Part shown: positions 12,967 to 24,652 of the stretch, one piece after another | Layout of the letters: each line of letters starts with the position of its first letter | How positions within the stretch are numbered: the first letter of the stretch is position 1 | Made by a program: the position numbers and the translations under genes | Notes under the pieces: model-generated | What the model saw: the letters and a program-made list of their open reading frames with translations, nothing else | Databases searched by the model: none | What the model was told of the DNA's origin: nothing | Assembly (NCBI GenBank): GCA_964016885.1 | Contig: OZ024740.1 | Span: 359,414,001 to 359,478,000 of the forward strand | DNA length: 64,000 bases | Origin: Eledone cirrhosa | Taxonomy: Eukaryota | Reading direction: 5' to 3'

Positions 12967-13170
12967 ATAGGAACGAGTAGGACCCCGACGGCTGAGCTCA
13001 AGCCGTTTCGGCGGCTAATTCTGGCTAATTAGTCCAGAATTAGCCGTCGAAATGGCTTGAGCTCAGCCGTCGGGGTCCTACTCGTTCCTATTACCCACTC
13101 TACTACCCTAAGTATTGAGTACTTTGGTGCGTTATGGTCCACCTGGTTCCTTACCACTTTCCTTCGTTAT
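12967..13170 (+). repeat. Fold-back mini-element built from a PLE terminus (about 60-bp inverted arms plus a tail), between (TA)n and (TACA)n
   Basis: 12967-13027 is the reverse complement of 13030-13091. The sequence matches the terminus of the PLE at 37082-37225. Confidence 0.85.
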
Positions 13171-13217
13171 ACATACATACATACATACATACATACATAC
13201 ATACATACATACATACA

Positions 13218-13248
<31 letters not shown>

Positions 13249-13269
13249 TTATATATATAAGCAAGTATT

Positions 13270-14750
13270 GCACCAAGAGTAATAAAACGTCGGCGTGAAG
13301 AAATTATGAATTTATTTGCTTTGATATATGTTTCTGTGGCTATTATAAATTGTTTACATATGCTGACTACATTGTTAATAAGACATATATTGTTCAATCA
13401 TATGCAATACTTAATTATTTATTACACTTCACCAGAAACCATATAGTAGTGGAATTCAGTATTCACTACAAGTTAGAATTCAGTAATGATATTTTCGTTT
13501 AAGAAATTATAAATAAGTTAGTTAAAAATAGCATAAAAAACAGTCAGTTAGTGTGATAGTAGAGGAGATGGAGTGGGGTAAAGAGTTACACAATATCAAT
13601 CTGTGTGCTGTGATGACAATTATTCTTTGACCATTGTTATTGGTGAAGGTTTTGATGTTTACCATATATGGGGTTAGAGAAGGTATATAGAGAGGGACAG
13701 AGAAAGATAAGGTAGAGATTAAAAGTAGGCTAAAGTAGGTAAGGAGGAAAGGAATAAAGAAAATGGGATTGTTTTGAATATTACTGAATCCATTGGGTGT
13801 GAAAAGTTCAAATGCCACAGGAAATGTACTAAATAAGATGTAGTAAAACCTAGGTATTAGGGATCGAATCTTGTTCTAGTTCAGTTTCTATTTAGCGAAG
13901 AAGTTTAGAACCTTGTGTTTGCAATTAAATATCCTATCGTACTGGGAATTTAGAAGGTCGTTTCCGGTCGCTATTTCAATTATCTCCGCCAAACATAGTT
14001 CACAAGGGTGTCTTTCATTCTGGTTATGGACGGGGGAATTTTAGCACAGACCATTGTAGTGTGTATTCAATATTAATGCGTTTCAGATCTCAGATTTCAT
14101 TCGCTACAGCCATAGATCTAGCTAAACTAGGGTTTTTTAATGTGTGGGTGTGCACATACCATCTTTTCTTGAAAATATTCGAATTGGAACCCACATAATT
14201 TATATATCCCCACTTTAAATTTTAGCTCACATTGATAAATGATATTTTTGTACAAGTATTTACCGGATAGAAGACAATTGCTGGGATTTCTGCAGGTCCA
14301 ATTTATCCATGTATAGTGTATGGTTTCCTCCCTGGTTCCAGTGTTGAGGGTGTTATTCCGGGTATTTTGTTGTTGCTCCAGATATGCGGGTAAAGTGGAA
14401 GTGACGTTGGTATTTGCGGGTGCCGGTCTGGTCAGTGTTGGAAGCTGCGGATGTTGTTGAAGGTTCAGATTATGTCCGGGTTTGCGTTGGCTGTTGGTAT
14501 TGCCATACCTGCGGAGGCATTTGTTATTCAATTTCATGATGAAATTGCACAGCTTAGCTGTGATGGAATAGGATAGTCGGATCGTGTCTCTATTTAGTAT
14601 TTTATGGATTTTGTGTGTAGGATGACAGTGTTCATCTATAAGTTTAAAGAAGAGATAAGATAGCTTAGTAGTTACCAGATCGTTGTGCGAGGGATTATAC
14701 CATAGGTATGATTTTGTGCGGGACTTCCTTGGTGTTTTCTTATTAACAGT
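13270..14750 (-). mobile_element. Decayed Penelope-like element, C-terminal GIY-YIG region plus 3' UTR
   Basis: Minus strand reads ...WYNP..., NCLLSGKYLYKNIIYQC, YVGSNSNIFKKRWYAH and CELCLAEIIEI..DLLN....IFNCKHK, with frameshifts. Confidence 0.7.
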
Positions 14751-15068
14751 ATAATTATTTGTCTCGTTTTGAGCCGTTGGTATCTTTATGTCTATGTAGA
14801 GTGAATAATAGCATGACCATATATAAACATAAATTATGTGTTGATTTATATATATATGTGTATATATAAATATATATATATATATTTATATATATTATAA
14901 GGAATTTATATCTAGTAATATTTATATACATACAGATGCATATCAATGCTAGCAAATATATAGGTTTTGTCTTATTAACAATGTGGTTCAATGCATGGGG
15001 TTGCAGAACAATAATATGAGAGACGTAAAATAAGAAAATTATAAAATTAACTTACTTACTAAAAAATC

Positions 15069-15151
15069 ACTTCCAACTAATTAGTTTCTGGAATGGAGTA
15101 AATATATTTTCCGAAGAATCATATAGAAAATCATTCCGTCATCAGGAAAGT
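15069..15151 (-). ncRNA. Type I hammerhead ribozyme with a large helix II loop, intact core
   Basis: Minus strand: ACUUUC CUGAUGA C GGAAUG (36 nt) CAUUCC A GAAA CUAAUUAG UU GGAAGU, with palindromic helix III AACUAAUUAGUU. Confidence 0.8.
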
Positions 15152-15746
15152 CTTTTTCCGTATAGGTCTCCAGGCATAGCGAGGACACTGGAAACTTATT
15201 AAAAAAAATAATTCAGTGGAATGGAAATAGCGAAGCGTGGACTGGAATCCAAGCCATTGAGAAAATCACTGCCTCTTCGTCTGTGGCAAATTCAAAAAGA
15301 ATCAGTCACGTGACATTGAGGTCAATCAGTGGAAAGCGAGTGGTTATTAAGACAGCGGCCAGCTTACTACCATAGTAGCAGTCATGGCCAAATATTGCTC
15401 GACAAATGAATTGGAGATAATTATAAGGAATTTATATCTAGTAACATTTATATACATACAGATGCATATCAATGCTAGCAAATATATAGGTTTTGTCTTA
15501 TTAACAATGTGGTTCAATGCATGGGTTGCAGAACAATAATATGAGAGACGTAAAATAAGAAAATTATAAAATTAACTTACTTACTAAAAAATCATTTCCA
15601 ACTAATTAGTTTCTGGAATGGAGTAAATATATTTTCCGAAGAATCATATAGAAAATCATTCCGTCATCTATTTCCATTCCACTGAATTATTTTTTTTAAT
15701 AAGTTTCCAGTGTCCTCGCTATGCCTGGAGACCTATACGGAAAAAG

Positions 15747-15829
15747 ACTTTCCCGATGACGGAATGATTTTCTATATGATTCTTCGGAAAATATATTTAC
15801 TCCATTCCAGAAACTAATTAGTTGGAAGT
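15747..15829 (+). ncRNA. Hammerhead copy with a mutated core (CCGAUGA)
   Basis: Inverted copy of 15069-15151 with a U4-to-C change in the conserved CUGA. Confidence 0.7.
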
Positions 15830-15883
15830 GATTTTTTAGTAAGTAAGTTAATTTTATAATTTTCTTATTTTACGTCTCTCATA

Positions 15884-15970
<87 letters not shown>

Positions 15971-15973
<3 letters not shown>

Positions 15974-17460
15974 CATGGGATATTTGGAAACCACTCTCTA
16001 CCGCAAAGTTCTAGACAAATACGGCAACCACTTCTACCAACACATAGAAAAGAACTGGAAGAGGTATCTGGACGACTGCTTCATCCTCTGGCATGAAAGT
16101 ATAGATAGACTGTTTGAGTTTAAAACCCTTCTGAATGGATTCAACACAAACTTACAATTCACAATAGATTACAGCCATGAACAACTCCCTTTCCTCGACA
16201 TCCTCATCAAGAAAACAAGCAACAAAATCGAAACAGACATATACTACAAACCCACAGACTCTAAACAATACCTTCCATTCAACTCGTGCCACCCTAGACA
16301 CACCAAAATGGCAATTCCTTATAACCTAGCCAGAAGGATCCGCACAATAGTTTAAAATAAATACACATGCTACACACGACTAGAAGAATTAAAAAACACA
16401 CTTATCAGCAAAAACTACCCACCATCCCTAATCAACGATGGATTCCAACGTTCCCTAAAACTAGACATCCAGGAACTCAGACACCCCAAACCCAGGAATG
16501 AACCGCAACAAAAAACACTACCATACATCTCCACACACAACTCCCTCAACAATGAGGGATTCGACACCATCCTCCAGAACATTCCTTTAGTAAAAAGAGA
16601 CCCAAGAATGAACAAAATCCTCCAAACACACAACATCATAAAGAGCAAAAGACAACCCAAATCCATAAAAAAACATCCTCACAACCAAATCCAAACTTTA
16701 AAATTTTCCCCATTTACAAATTCATAGACAACGCTACTTTCATCCAACGTACCAATAAGGAAACATATTTCATTAACAAATTCCAGCCTCTACTTAATGC
16801 TCTAAAAATCGGACCAATCTAAAACTGCAACAAACAATCAAACATTTACAAGAGTTACCTCCCTCACACCCTACCTAATCCTTTTTCTTAAATAAATTAA
16901 ATATCATCCAGCAAGAATTGCTTCCCCCTGCATATTAACTCTCTAAAAAGGGAAATCATATCAAACCTCAGTCCACCATTGGCCTCCATCATGGAATCAT
17001 GGATCAACTAAGCACTCTTGCTATATTAACACATTTTGATCTGCTTAACTTCAAGAACTATGACTGTTAATAACATCATTTTTTCTTCCACATTGACTTT
17101 TTATGCTCTACATTATGCCCGTTTTTTTCCTTTTTTCTTTTCACTTCATAAACCTTGTTTGTAAATAACATTATTCTTTCTGAACCTTCTCTTTAACATG
17201 TGCGACACCACACTAATACATTTCACTATCATTTGATAATGCATAAAAATGCTGAAACCGGTAATAGACAATTATTAAATATATAAATAGATAAATAAAT
17301 GCCATTGTTAAATAATAAATAAAACAACTAATACCTTAACACTTCACACAAAGTAAAACATTTCGTTTTAATCATGTTCTAACCCAGAAAAGAGAGAAAG
17401 AAACAAAAAATGAAAAAAAAAATTTTTCTTCCTAATAATCGTCTTTCTCCCTGTTTTCAT
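15971..17460 (+). mobile_element. 5'-truncated, internally deleted Penelope-like element related to the 50-52 kb PLE
   Basis: ORF 15975-16355 has MGYLE..WKRYLDDCF..LPFLDI..TDIYYKPTDSKQYL.FNSCHPRHTK..IPYNLARRI. The C-terminus reads FPIYKF...FINKFQPLLN. Flanked by (TA)n. Confidence 0.9.
17226..17267 (+). ncRNA. Degenerate minimal hammerhead in the PLE 3' repeat
   Basis: CUAU..UUGAUAA U GCAU AAAA AUGC U GAAA CCGG UA AUAG. Palindromic helix III ACCGGU; the CUGAUGA box is decayed. Confidence 0.55.
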
Positions 17461-17506
17461 ATATATATATATATATCCTAATTCGTGTGCTTCCTCTCCA
17501 CATTTT

Positions 17507-17590
<84 letters not shown>

Positions 17591-17614
17591 CCTATGTGTA
17601 TGTGTATGTATATT

Positions 17615-17649
<35 letters not shown>

Positions 17650-17668
17650 ATATATATATATATATGTA

Positions 17669-17717
<49 letters not shown>

Positions 17718-17769
17718 GTGTGTATATGTATGTATATGTGGATAGACCAGGTTTTTTTTGTTTTTTTTT

Positions 17770-17829
17770 TTTCATTCTGAAGATTGAAGGAAAAATCTTT
17801 TGCTTTTAAGAAACCACTGGTGAATGGAA
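17770..17829 (+). ncRNA. Hammerhead copy with a non-cleavable GUG triplet
   Basis: UUUCAUU CUGAAGA UUGAAG..CUUUUAA GAAA CCACUGG UG AAUGGAA. Confidence 0.7.
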
Positions 17830-18734
17830 TAATTGCCTTATGTTGCTTTATTACTTTACTAATATATATATATGTATATGTAAGGTTCATATGGATTATC
17901 TAAGACTGAGTTTTACGCAAACACACATGTATGTGTGTGTGTATGTGTATGTATATATATATATATATATATGTGTATATGTATGTATGTGTATATATAT
18001 ATGTATGTGTGTGTGTGTGTTTGTATTTTGTTGTGCGTGTTTATGATATGTACGTATTTGTATGTGTATAATTGTATAGCTATGTATGTATATGTGTGTG
18101 TATGTATACTTATATGTGTGTGTGTGTATGTTTATATTTATGTATATATATATATGTATGTGTATATAATTACATATGCACATGTGTGTGTATATATTGT
18201 ATACGTGTGCGTCTTTGTGCATGTATGTGTATGTATGTGTTTATGTATTTGTATATGTATATTTATGTGTGAGAGTGTGTGTATGTATTTACTATTTCGT
18301 ACGTATGTATACGTGCATTTGTGTTTATTACTTACCACGCGTGTCTGTCCAGTTAGCTGCGTTCTGTATCGCTGTCAAAAATGTTTAAAATATATTTTTT
18401 TTTTTTTTCTTATATTTATTTGCGTGTGTGAATATGTAGAGGAGTGCATTTATGTATGTGTATGTATGTACGTGTGTATATATGTATGATTGTGTGAATG
18501 TATGTATGTATATGTGTGTGTGTGTATGGCTATGTTTGTGTATGTGTATGCTTGTACACACATGTATATATATATATATATGTATATGTGTATATATATA
18601 CGTGTGTTTATATATATATATATGTGTGTGTATATATGTGTGTGTGTGTGTGTATGTATGAGTGTATGTATGTGTATATGTGTATGTATGTGTATGTGTG
18701 TATATATATGTATGTATATGTATGTGTATATGTA

Positions 18735-18819
<85 letters not shown>

Positions 18820-18951
18820 ATGCTTTTGTGTGTATGTTTGCATGTGTAGTTTTATTTTATTTTTCCTTTCCTTCTTCCTTCTCCAGCCTCACTTTCATAT
18901 AGATTGCATTTTTGTTTTTAAAATCCAAATTCAATAAACAGACCAGGATTT

Positions 18952-19011
18952 TTTCATTCTGAGGATTGAAAGCAAAATCTTTTGCTTTTAAGAAACCACT
19001 GGTAAATGGAA
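18952..19011 (+). ncRNA. Type I hammerhead ribozyme, intact core
   Basis: UUUCAUU CUGAGGA UUGAAAGCAAAA UC UUUUGCUUUUAA GAAA CCACUGG UA AAUGGAA. Confidence 0.85.
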
Positions 19012-19107
19012 TAATTGCCTTATGTTGTTTATTACATAATAATAATTAAGCTCTGTTACCTACATAGAGCACTCTTTTTTCCTGGACTTTTCCGACGGAA
19101 TTACTTC

Positions 19108-19142
<35 letters not shown>

Positions 19143-19145
19143 GTG

Positions 19146-19232
19146 GTTCCTATTACCCACTCTACTACCCCAAGTATTGAGTACTTTGGTGCGTTATGGT
19201 CCACCTGGTTCCTTACCACATTTCCTTCGTTA
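19146..19232 (+). mobile_element. Short PLE 3'-terminal fragment in (TA)n
   Basis: Nearly identical to 13084-13170 and to the reverse complement of 37082-37168. Confidence 0.75.
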
Positions 19233-19307
19233 TATATATATATATATATATATAGTAATAATAATAAAAGCAGCGATTCTTTGCTTAAATTTTAATCTGT
19301 TATTTTA

Positions 19308-19421
<114 letters not shown>

Positions 19422-20160
19422 ATATATTCAAATTAAAAGCAGGACAAAAGATAAACAATTTTCCCGGTCCTCGGTTACTTTTACTGTTTAAATATCTACG
19501 ATTACATCACGAACAGTACAGATAAAACAGACGGAAATAATAATCTTAAAAATAATAATTTTATTTATATTATACGTTTAACTTTAGTCATATGAAAAAT
19601 CGTCATAAATAGTTTGTTTGTGTCTGTAGTTTATGTGAAAGAATGTATATGTATGCGTTTGTGTGTGTATCAGTTTTGGCTTTATATCTATTTTACATTC
19701 ATATGATTTATTGATTTATTGATATTTTATCTGAGTGACCCGAATCTTCCTGATCGTAATTTTTCGGTCGTATGATTGATTTTAGACATAATCTATGTGT
19801 GTAGGTATTTTAACGATAGTTATAGCTCTGATTTATCTGAATTATTGAGCCCTCTGCCACTCATGTCGAATTTTGTTTATCGTGAACTCGTGCGCCGATT
19901 TTTCGATATTCGATTATTCTACTATATATATATATATATATATATATAACTAATAACACTTATTTAACCTCTGTTTGTTTTTTCCTTGAACTATATATAT
20001 ATATATATACATATATATATTTCAATATATATATATTTATATATATAAATATATATATATAGGTAGTAACATGTGCTTACGCCGTATTTGACTAAATAAA
20101 ATTAGTCTGTTAGTTGGGAGTTTAAAAAAACCCTCTGAAAGGGAAAAAAAGTATGAGCAT

Positions 20161-20235
20161 TGACGTACATGGGACACGAACCCACATCTTTGGTTTGCCG
20201 GACCAATCAGTTGCCATTAAACCAACTTGCCACCC
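20161..20235 (-). pseudogene. tRNA-like sequence (Pol III A/B boxes, GGC anticodon arm, no proper acceptor stem)
   Basis: Minus strand: D-like arm AGUUG..CAACU, anticodon arm UUGGU CCGGCAA ACCAA, T arm GUGGG UUCGUGU CCCAU. Confidence 0.55.
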
Positions 20236-20328
20236 ATACTTCCGGCTATTCAATTAGAAGCTATATAACTATAGCATGTATTTGTATATATGTAGGGAGA
20301 CAAAAATATATATATATATATATATATA

Positions 20329-21036
20329 TCCAAAATTAAATTAAGGGTGCCAGAGAGACATGCGCCATATCCACTGTAGAATATGCTCCAAGATTCCAAT
20401 GAATAGATCCGAGCATTTTATACCAACTAGAAATTGATTGACATATATATATATCTAAAATAAACATATGAAACAATCACATTGAATAATTTGTAAAAGT
20501 GTGTAAGCACACATAGTTAGGTTTAATTAAAGTTTAACTAGAATTTTAAATATAGATACCTTATAAATTGATTAATCTTCCTTGTGTATATTTCATTAAA
20601 GAAATATATTTCACCATCAATCGATCGGTAAACCACAATAGCCAAAATTCGGATTTTCAACAAGGGAGAAGATTTAACTATCTGTGTTTACACAGCAAAT
20701 TCAAATCTGCGAATGACTAGCAGCACATGTTGCAATTTTTTTAAATACACATATCGTACCAGCTTCATCCCAGTGGCGTGAACAGGGTTATCGACAACTA
20801 GAAATAGCAGCCAATTTCTAGTTGATATAAAATGCTCGGATCTATTCATTGGAATCTTGGAGCATATTCTACAGTGGATATGGCGCATGTCTCTCTGACA
20901 CCTTTAATTTAATTTTGGATATATATACGGCTCCTTAATTGTAGAGCTAACTCAGTTGAAAGGACTCAGCTGCTATTTCTAGTTGTCGATAACCCTATTC
21001 ACGCCACTGGGATGAAGCTGGTACGATGTGTGTATT
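20329..21036. repeat. Interlocked inverted repeats
   Basis: 20329-20436 is the reverse complement of about 20812-20919, and 20745-20811 is the reverse complement of about 20970-21035. Confidence 0.8.
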
Positions 21037-23388
21037 TTTAAAAAATGGTTAACAAACAAGATTGGAGTTATCTTTCTATTTTCAATCGTGCAAACATAAA
21101 CATGATATAATATGTACGATAAACTATATAACTTCGCTAAATTAACAATATTCTGAAAACATTTTCAATGTTGGAACAAAATATTCGAATCTACAAATTG
21201 TTCTCCTCTTACAACTTGAACCACCTGTTTTTTATGTAAAATGCAAAATCAACATTCTTCGTAATTCATATTAGAAATGTAAACAACTAATAATTGTAAA
21301 TTATTATTTTTTTTATTATTATTTTTATTTTTATTTCTATTTCTATAATACTTATACATGCACAATTATTAATCTATATAGATATTCATATACATATAAC
21401 CTATTGTAATGTAATAAGATAAAATATACTTACAACCATAATTCTTCATATAATCTAATTGATTATATATACTATATTATAACTCATAATATAGGTAAAT
21501 AAATTTAAATTCTGAAATCGTATTCCACCATTCCCCCAAATTGTTAATTCCTTTTAAATTAACGTAAATACAAGCGCTTCTTCCTTTTTTCTTCCTCCTA
21601 CTCATACATATATCCTAATTATTTAAATTCTGCATAGCGTCTAAACTAACGTTTTTTTCCAGCCCTATACCTCAACATCATTTGCATACTCATCTTAATA
21701 ATTTGAAATATCTGACTTTTCTTTTCTTATCCCTTCAATATCCGTTAAGGTATCTTTTCTTGGCTATGTCAAAATTTATAAAACAAACTTTGTATTTTAT
21801 CTGATGAAAGCGGACCAAAGTTTTGGTACCCTTGAAATATATATAATAGAATAAATATGGTTTTATAAATATAGTTTCCATTTATTTAATATCATTGAAT
21901 ATTATACTCCGGAAAATCTCTCGAGTGCTCTGAATCAGTTATAAACATTTATATTTGTTAAATTACCAACAAATTGGATATCCCTTTTGCTTATACATAT
22001 ATATATATATAGATATAGATATAGGTAGATATAGATATAGATATAGATATAGATATATAATAAAAGACCGATAAATTTCAAGGAGCCAGTCCAACAGTAA
22101 AATATCAAGGGCAAAGGATGACAAATACAACAAAACAAAGTAATGTTTACCCAGGATATTTCAACATGATATTTCAGGGTTATATCCACTTATCAAATGT
22201 TTTATTTGATATCATTTGCTCTTTATATTTTTCTACCGCATTGAACGGGCTTTTATTACATATCTCACAAGCTTTCGTATTAAAGATATATTTATTCTTC
22301 TTGCTCTTCCTTTAAGGTATTAGGAACTCGTGATCTATGCAATAACACTTACAGTTTATTCTGAAAATTGATTTATATCGTCATCATACTTACTGATAGT
22401 ATGTTTGCTATATAGATTTTTTTTTTTTTTTACAAATATCAACAAACGCCATTTAAGGTAACCGTCTTTCTTGAGTATCATTGCTTCTCTACCTATTTCC
22501 ACCTCCATTTCACTCCTACTCTTTAGATATTCTTCCTCGTCTATCCGTCCAAGCTTTTTTCGTCTTCTTTCTTTCTCTTGCTTTTTTTTTGTTTCTTTTT
22601 TTTTTTTGCTCTTCTTTTCTATGCTTTCCTTATTTCTCCATTCTCTTTATTTCTTTCTCTTTCTCTAGTGTGTTCATGTTTTCTCTATATGTTTATTTTC
22701 TTCTTCTCTTTCACTACCTCACATTTTCACATTCACAACGTCTCCTATTTCTTCCTTCTATATTCTCCTTCTCTCTCTCTCACTCTCTCTCTCTCTCACT
22801 CTCTCTCTCTCCCTCTCTCTTTATCTCGCGTCACCTGTCCCATCCAGTCTTTCTCCCTGTCTTTCTCTTCATCTCACTCACTCTCTCTCTCTCTCTCTCT
22901 CTGGTTTCGCCCGTCTCTCACTCTCACTCATTCACCTGCTTCCATTGTCGTCTATGTTTTATCAGTAACACTACTTTTTCTTAACATTCTTATTTCTTTG
23001 TTTCTATGTTTTTGCTTCATTTTTCTTTGAATGGTATTTTTTCTCTTGAAAATGATTTTGTCTCCAGTCTCTTACATCTGGTGGTTTCTTGTAGAGAAAT
23101 GAAAGTTGAAATACCTCAGCTACATTGTAAGGAAACGATGGATAAAACACCTATTCTGTTTTTAACATAGAATTCTACTTTAACTGTAGATTTCTATGAT
23201 TGCATGACACATACGTACGTACACACATACATACACACACACACATACTTACATACATACACAGATAAATATATACATACACACATATACACACACATAC
23301 ATACATACATACATACATACATACATACATACATACATACATACATACATACATACATACATACATGCATACATACATACATACATGC

Positions 23389-23452
<64 letters not shown>

Positions 23453-23559
23453 GAAGGAAGAAATAGGAGACGTTGTGAATGTGAAAATGTGAGGTAGTGA
23501 AAGAGAAGAAGAAAATAAACATATAGAGAAAAGATGAACACACTAGAGAAAGAGAAGGG

Positions 23560-24255
23560 GGAGGGCCATCAGCTGACAATAAATGTAGGCTATGTAAAAC
23601 AAAGATCGAGGATGTAAGCCACATTGTTGCCAGCTGCGAAAGAATGTCATCTCGCTACTACCTCCCCATGAGACACGATGGGATAGCTAGAACCATCTGC
23701 AACGCACTTCGGAAAACAAAATTAACAACAAACGAGGAAGAATATATTGAGACAGGTGGCATTAAGGAATACTGGTGGAACCTGAAAATAAAAACTGCCA
23801 CCAAATTAAAGCACAACCGACCTGATATTGTTGTTTGGGACCACACATTGAAAACGTGTTCTGTTGTGGAGAACAGCTGCCCACTTGTGTAAACGTTGTC
23901 AGAAAAATACAGGAGAAGGAGGACATCTACGGACCATTGATGAGGAGTTTACAAATCCAGTATCCAAGATACACCTTTAGCTTCATACCCATCATTATTG
24001 GAGCTACGGGTTATATACCAACCCGCTTGGACCAAAGTATGACTGAACTTGGATTTGCGGACAAAGAGCGCAGCTCCCTAATTCATAGTCTACAAATGGC
24101 TGCGATAGCTGGTACCTTCAAAATTTGCAAAACATTCTTGCGATTCAAGGGATGACAATTTCTTTTCTTTTACAACCTTGCCACCAGGAAGGTGGCCGGT
24201 CAAATAAATATACTCGAAATTAAGAGAAAGAGATAACATACATACATACATGCAT
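23560..24255 (+). mobile_element. 3' fragment of an R4/Dong-like non-LTR retrotransposon
   Basis: CRLCKTKIEDVSHIVASC zinc knuckle, RHD, and HNRPDIVVWD...EK...Y...IPIIIGATG restriction-like endonuclease. Ends in (CATA)n. Confidence 0.8.
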
Positions 24256-24321
24256 AAACTAGTGTAGATTCGCTATCTTAAAAATTAGCGTATTTTGTGA
24301 ATTACATTGGTTTATGTAACT

Positions 24322-24337
24322 AGATAAATAGATAGAT

Positions 24338-24412
<75 letters not shown>
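24322..24412. repeat. (GATA)n microsatellite at the 3' end of Tx1 copy 1
   Basis: Directly visible tetranucleotide tract. Confidence 0.95.
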
Positions 24413-24413
<1 letters not shown>

Positions 24414-24652
24414 ATTTCTTTATTAGCCACAAGGGCACAAAAGAAGGGGGCAAATACAAATGGGGAGTTTACATACAGGTATATGAAAATAAAACTATTA
24501 ATACAATAACAAATAACAATTGAAATCCCCAATAGGGGGAGGTGTTACACAGGGGTTGTACACACCCCGAAAAAATGTACAACCATCATCTCCAGGAGCA
24601 CCAAGAGCGAGTACTCCCTTTCTCTTTTCCTCTTTTTCCTCAACCTACAGGC

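Larger units (their letters stand above)
14893..15883. repeat. Rearranged hammerhead-bearing terminal-repeat cluster (direct plus inverted copies) without an ORF
   Basis: 14893-15143 is directly repeated at 15420-15668. 15669-15883 is an inverted copy of about 15015-15229. Bounded by (TA)n. Confidence 0.85.
17744..19110 (+). mobile_element. Retrozyme-like or non-autonomous PLE-like unit: hammerhead repeat, microsatellite body, hammerhead repeat
   Basis: Direct repeats at 17744-17862 and 18940-19040 each contain the same hammerhead. The interior is TG/TA microsatellite with short unique blocks shared with 3275-3960. Confidence 0.7.

Noticed and set aside
12967-13170. CRISPR-like or terminator-like palindrome
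   Set aside because: The context is eukaryotic, there is no repeat-spacer array, and it is explained as a PLE terminal fold-back.
13400-13480. Possible hammerhead downstream of the 13.8-14.7 kb PLE (CUGGUGA plus a stem on the minus strand)
   Set aside because: No GAAA box or helix I partner follows the stem.
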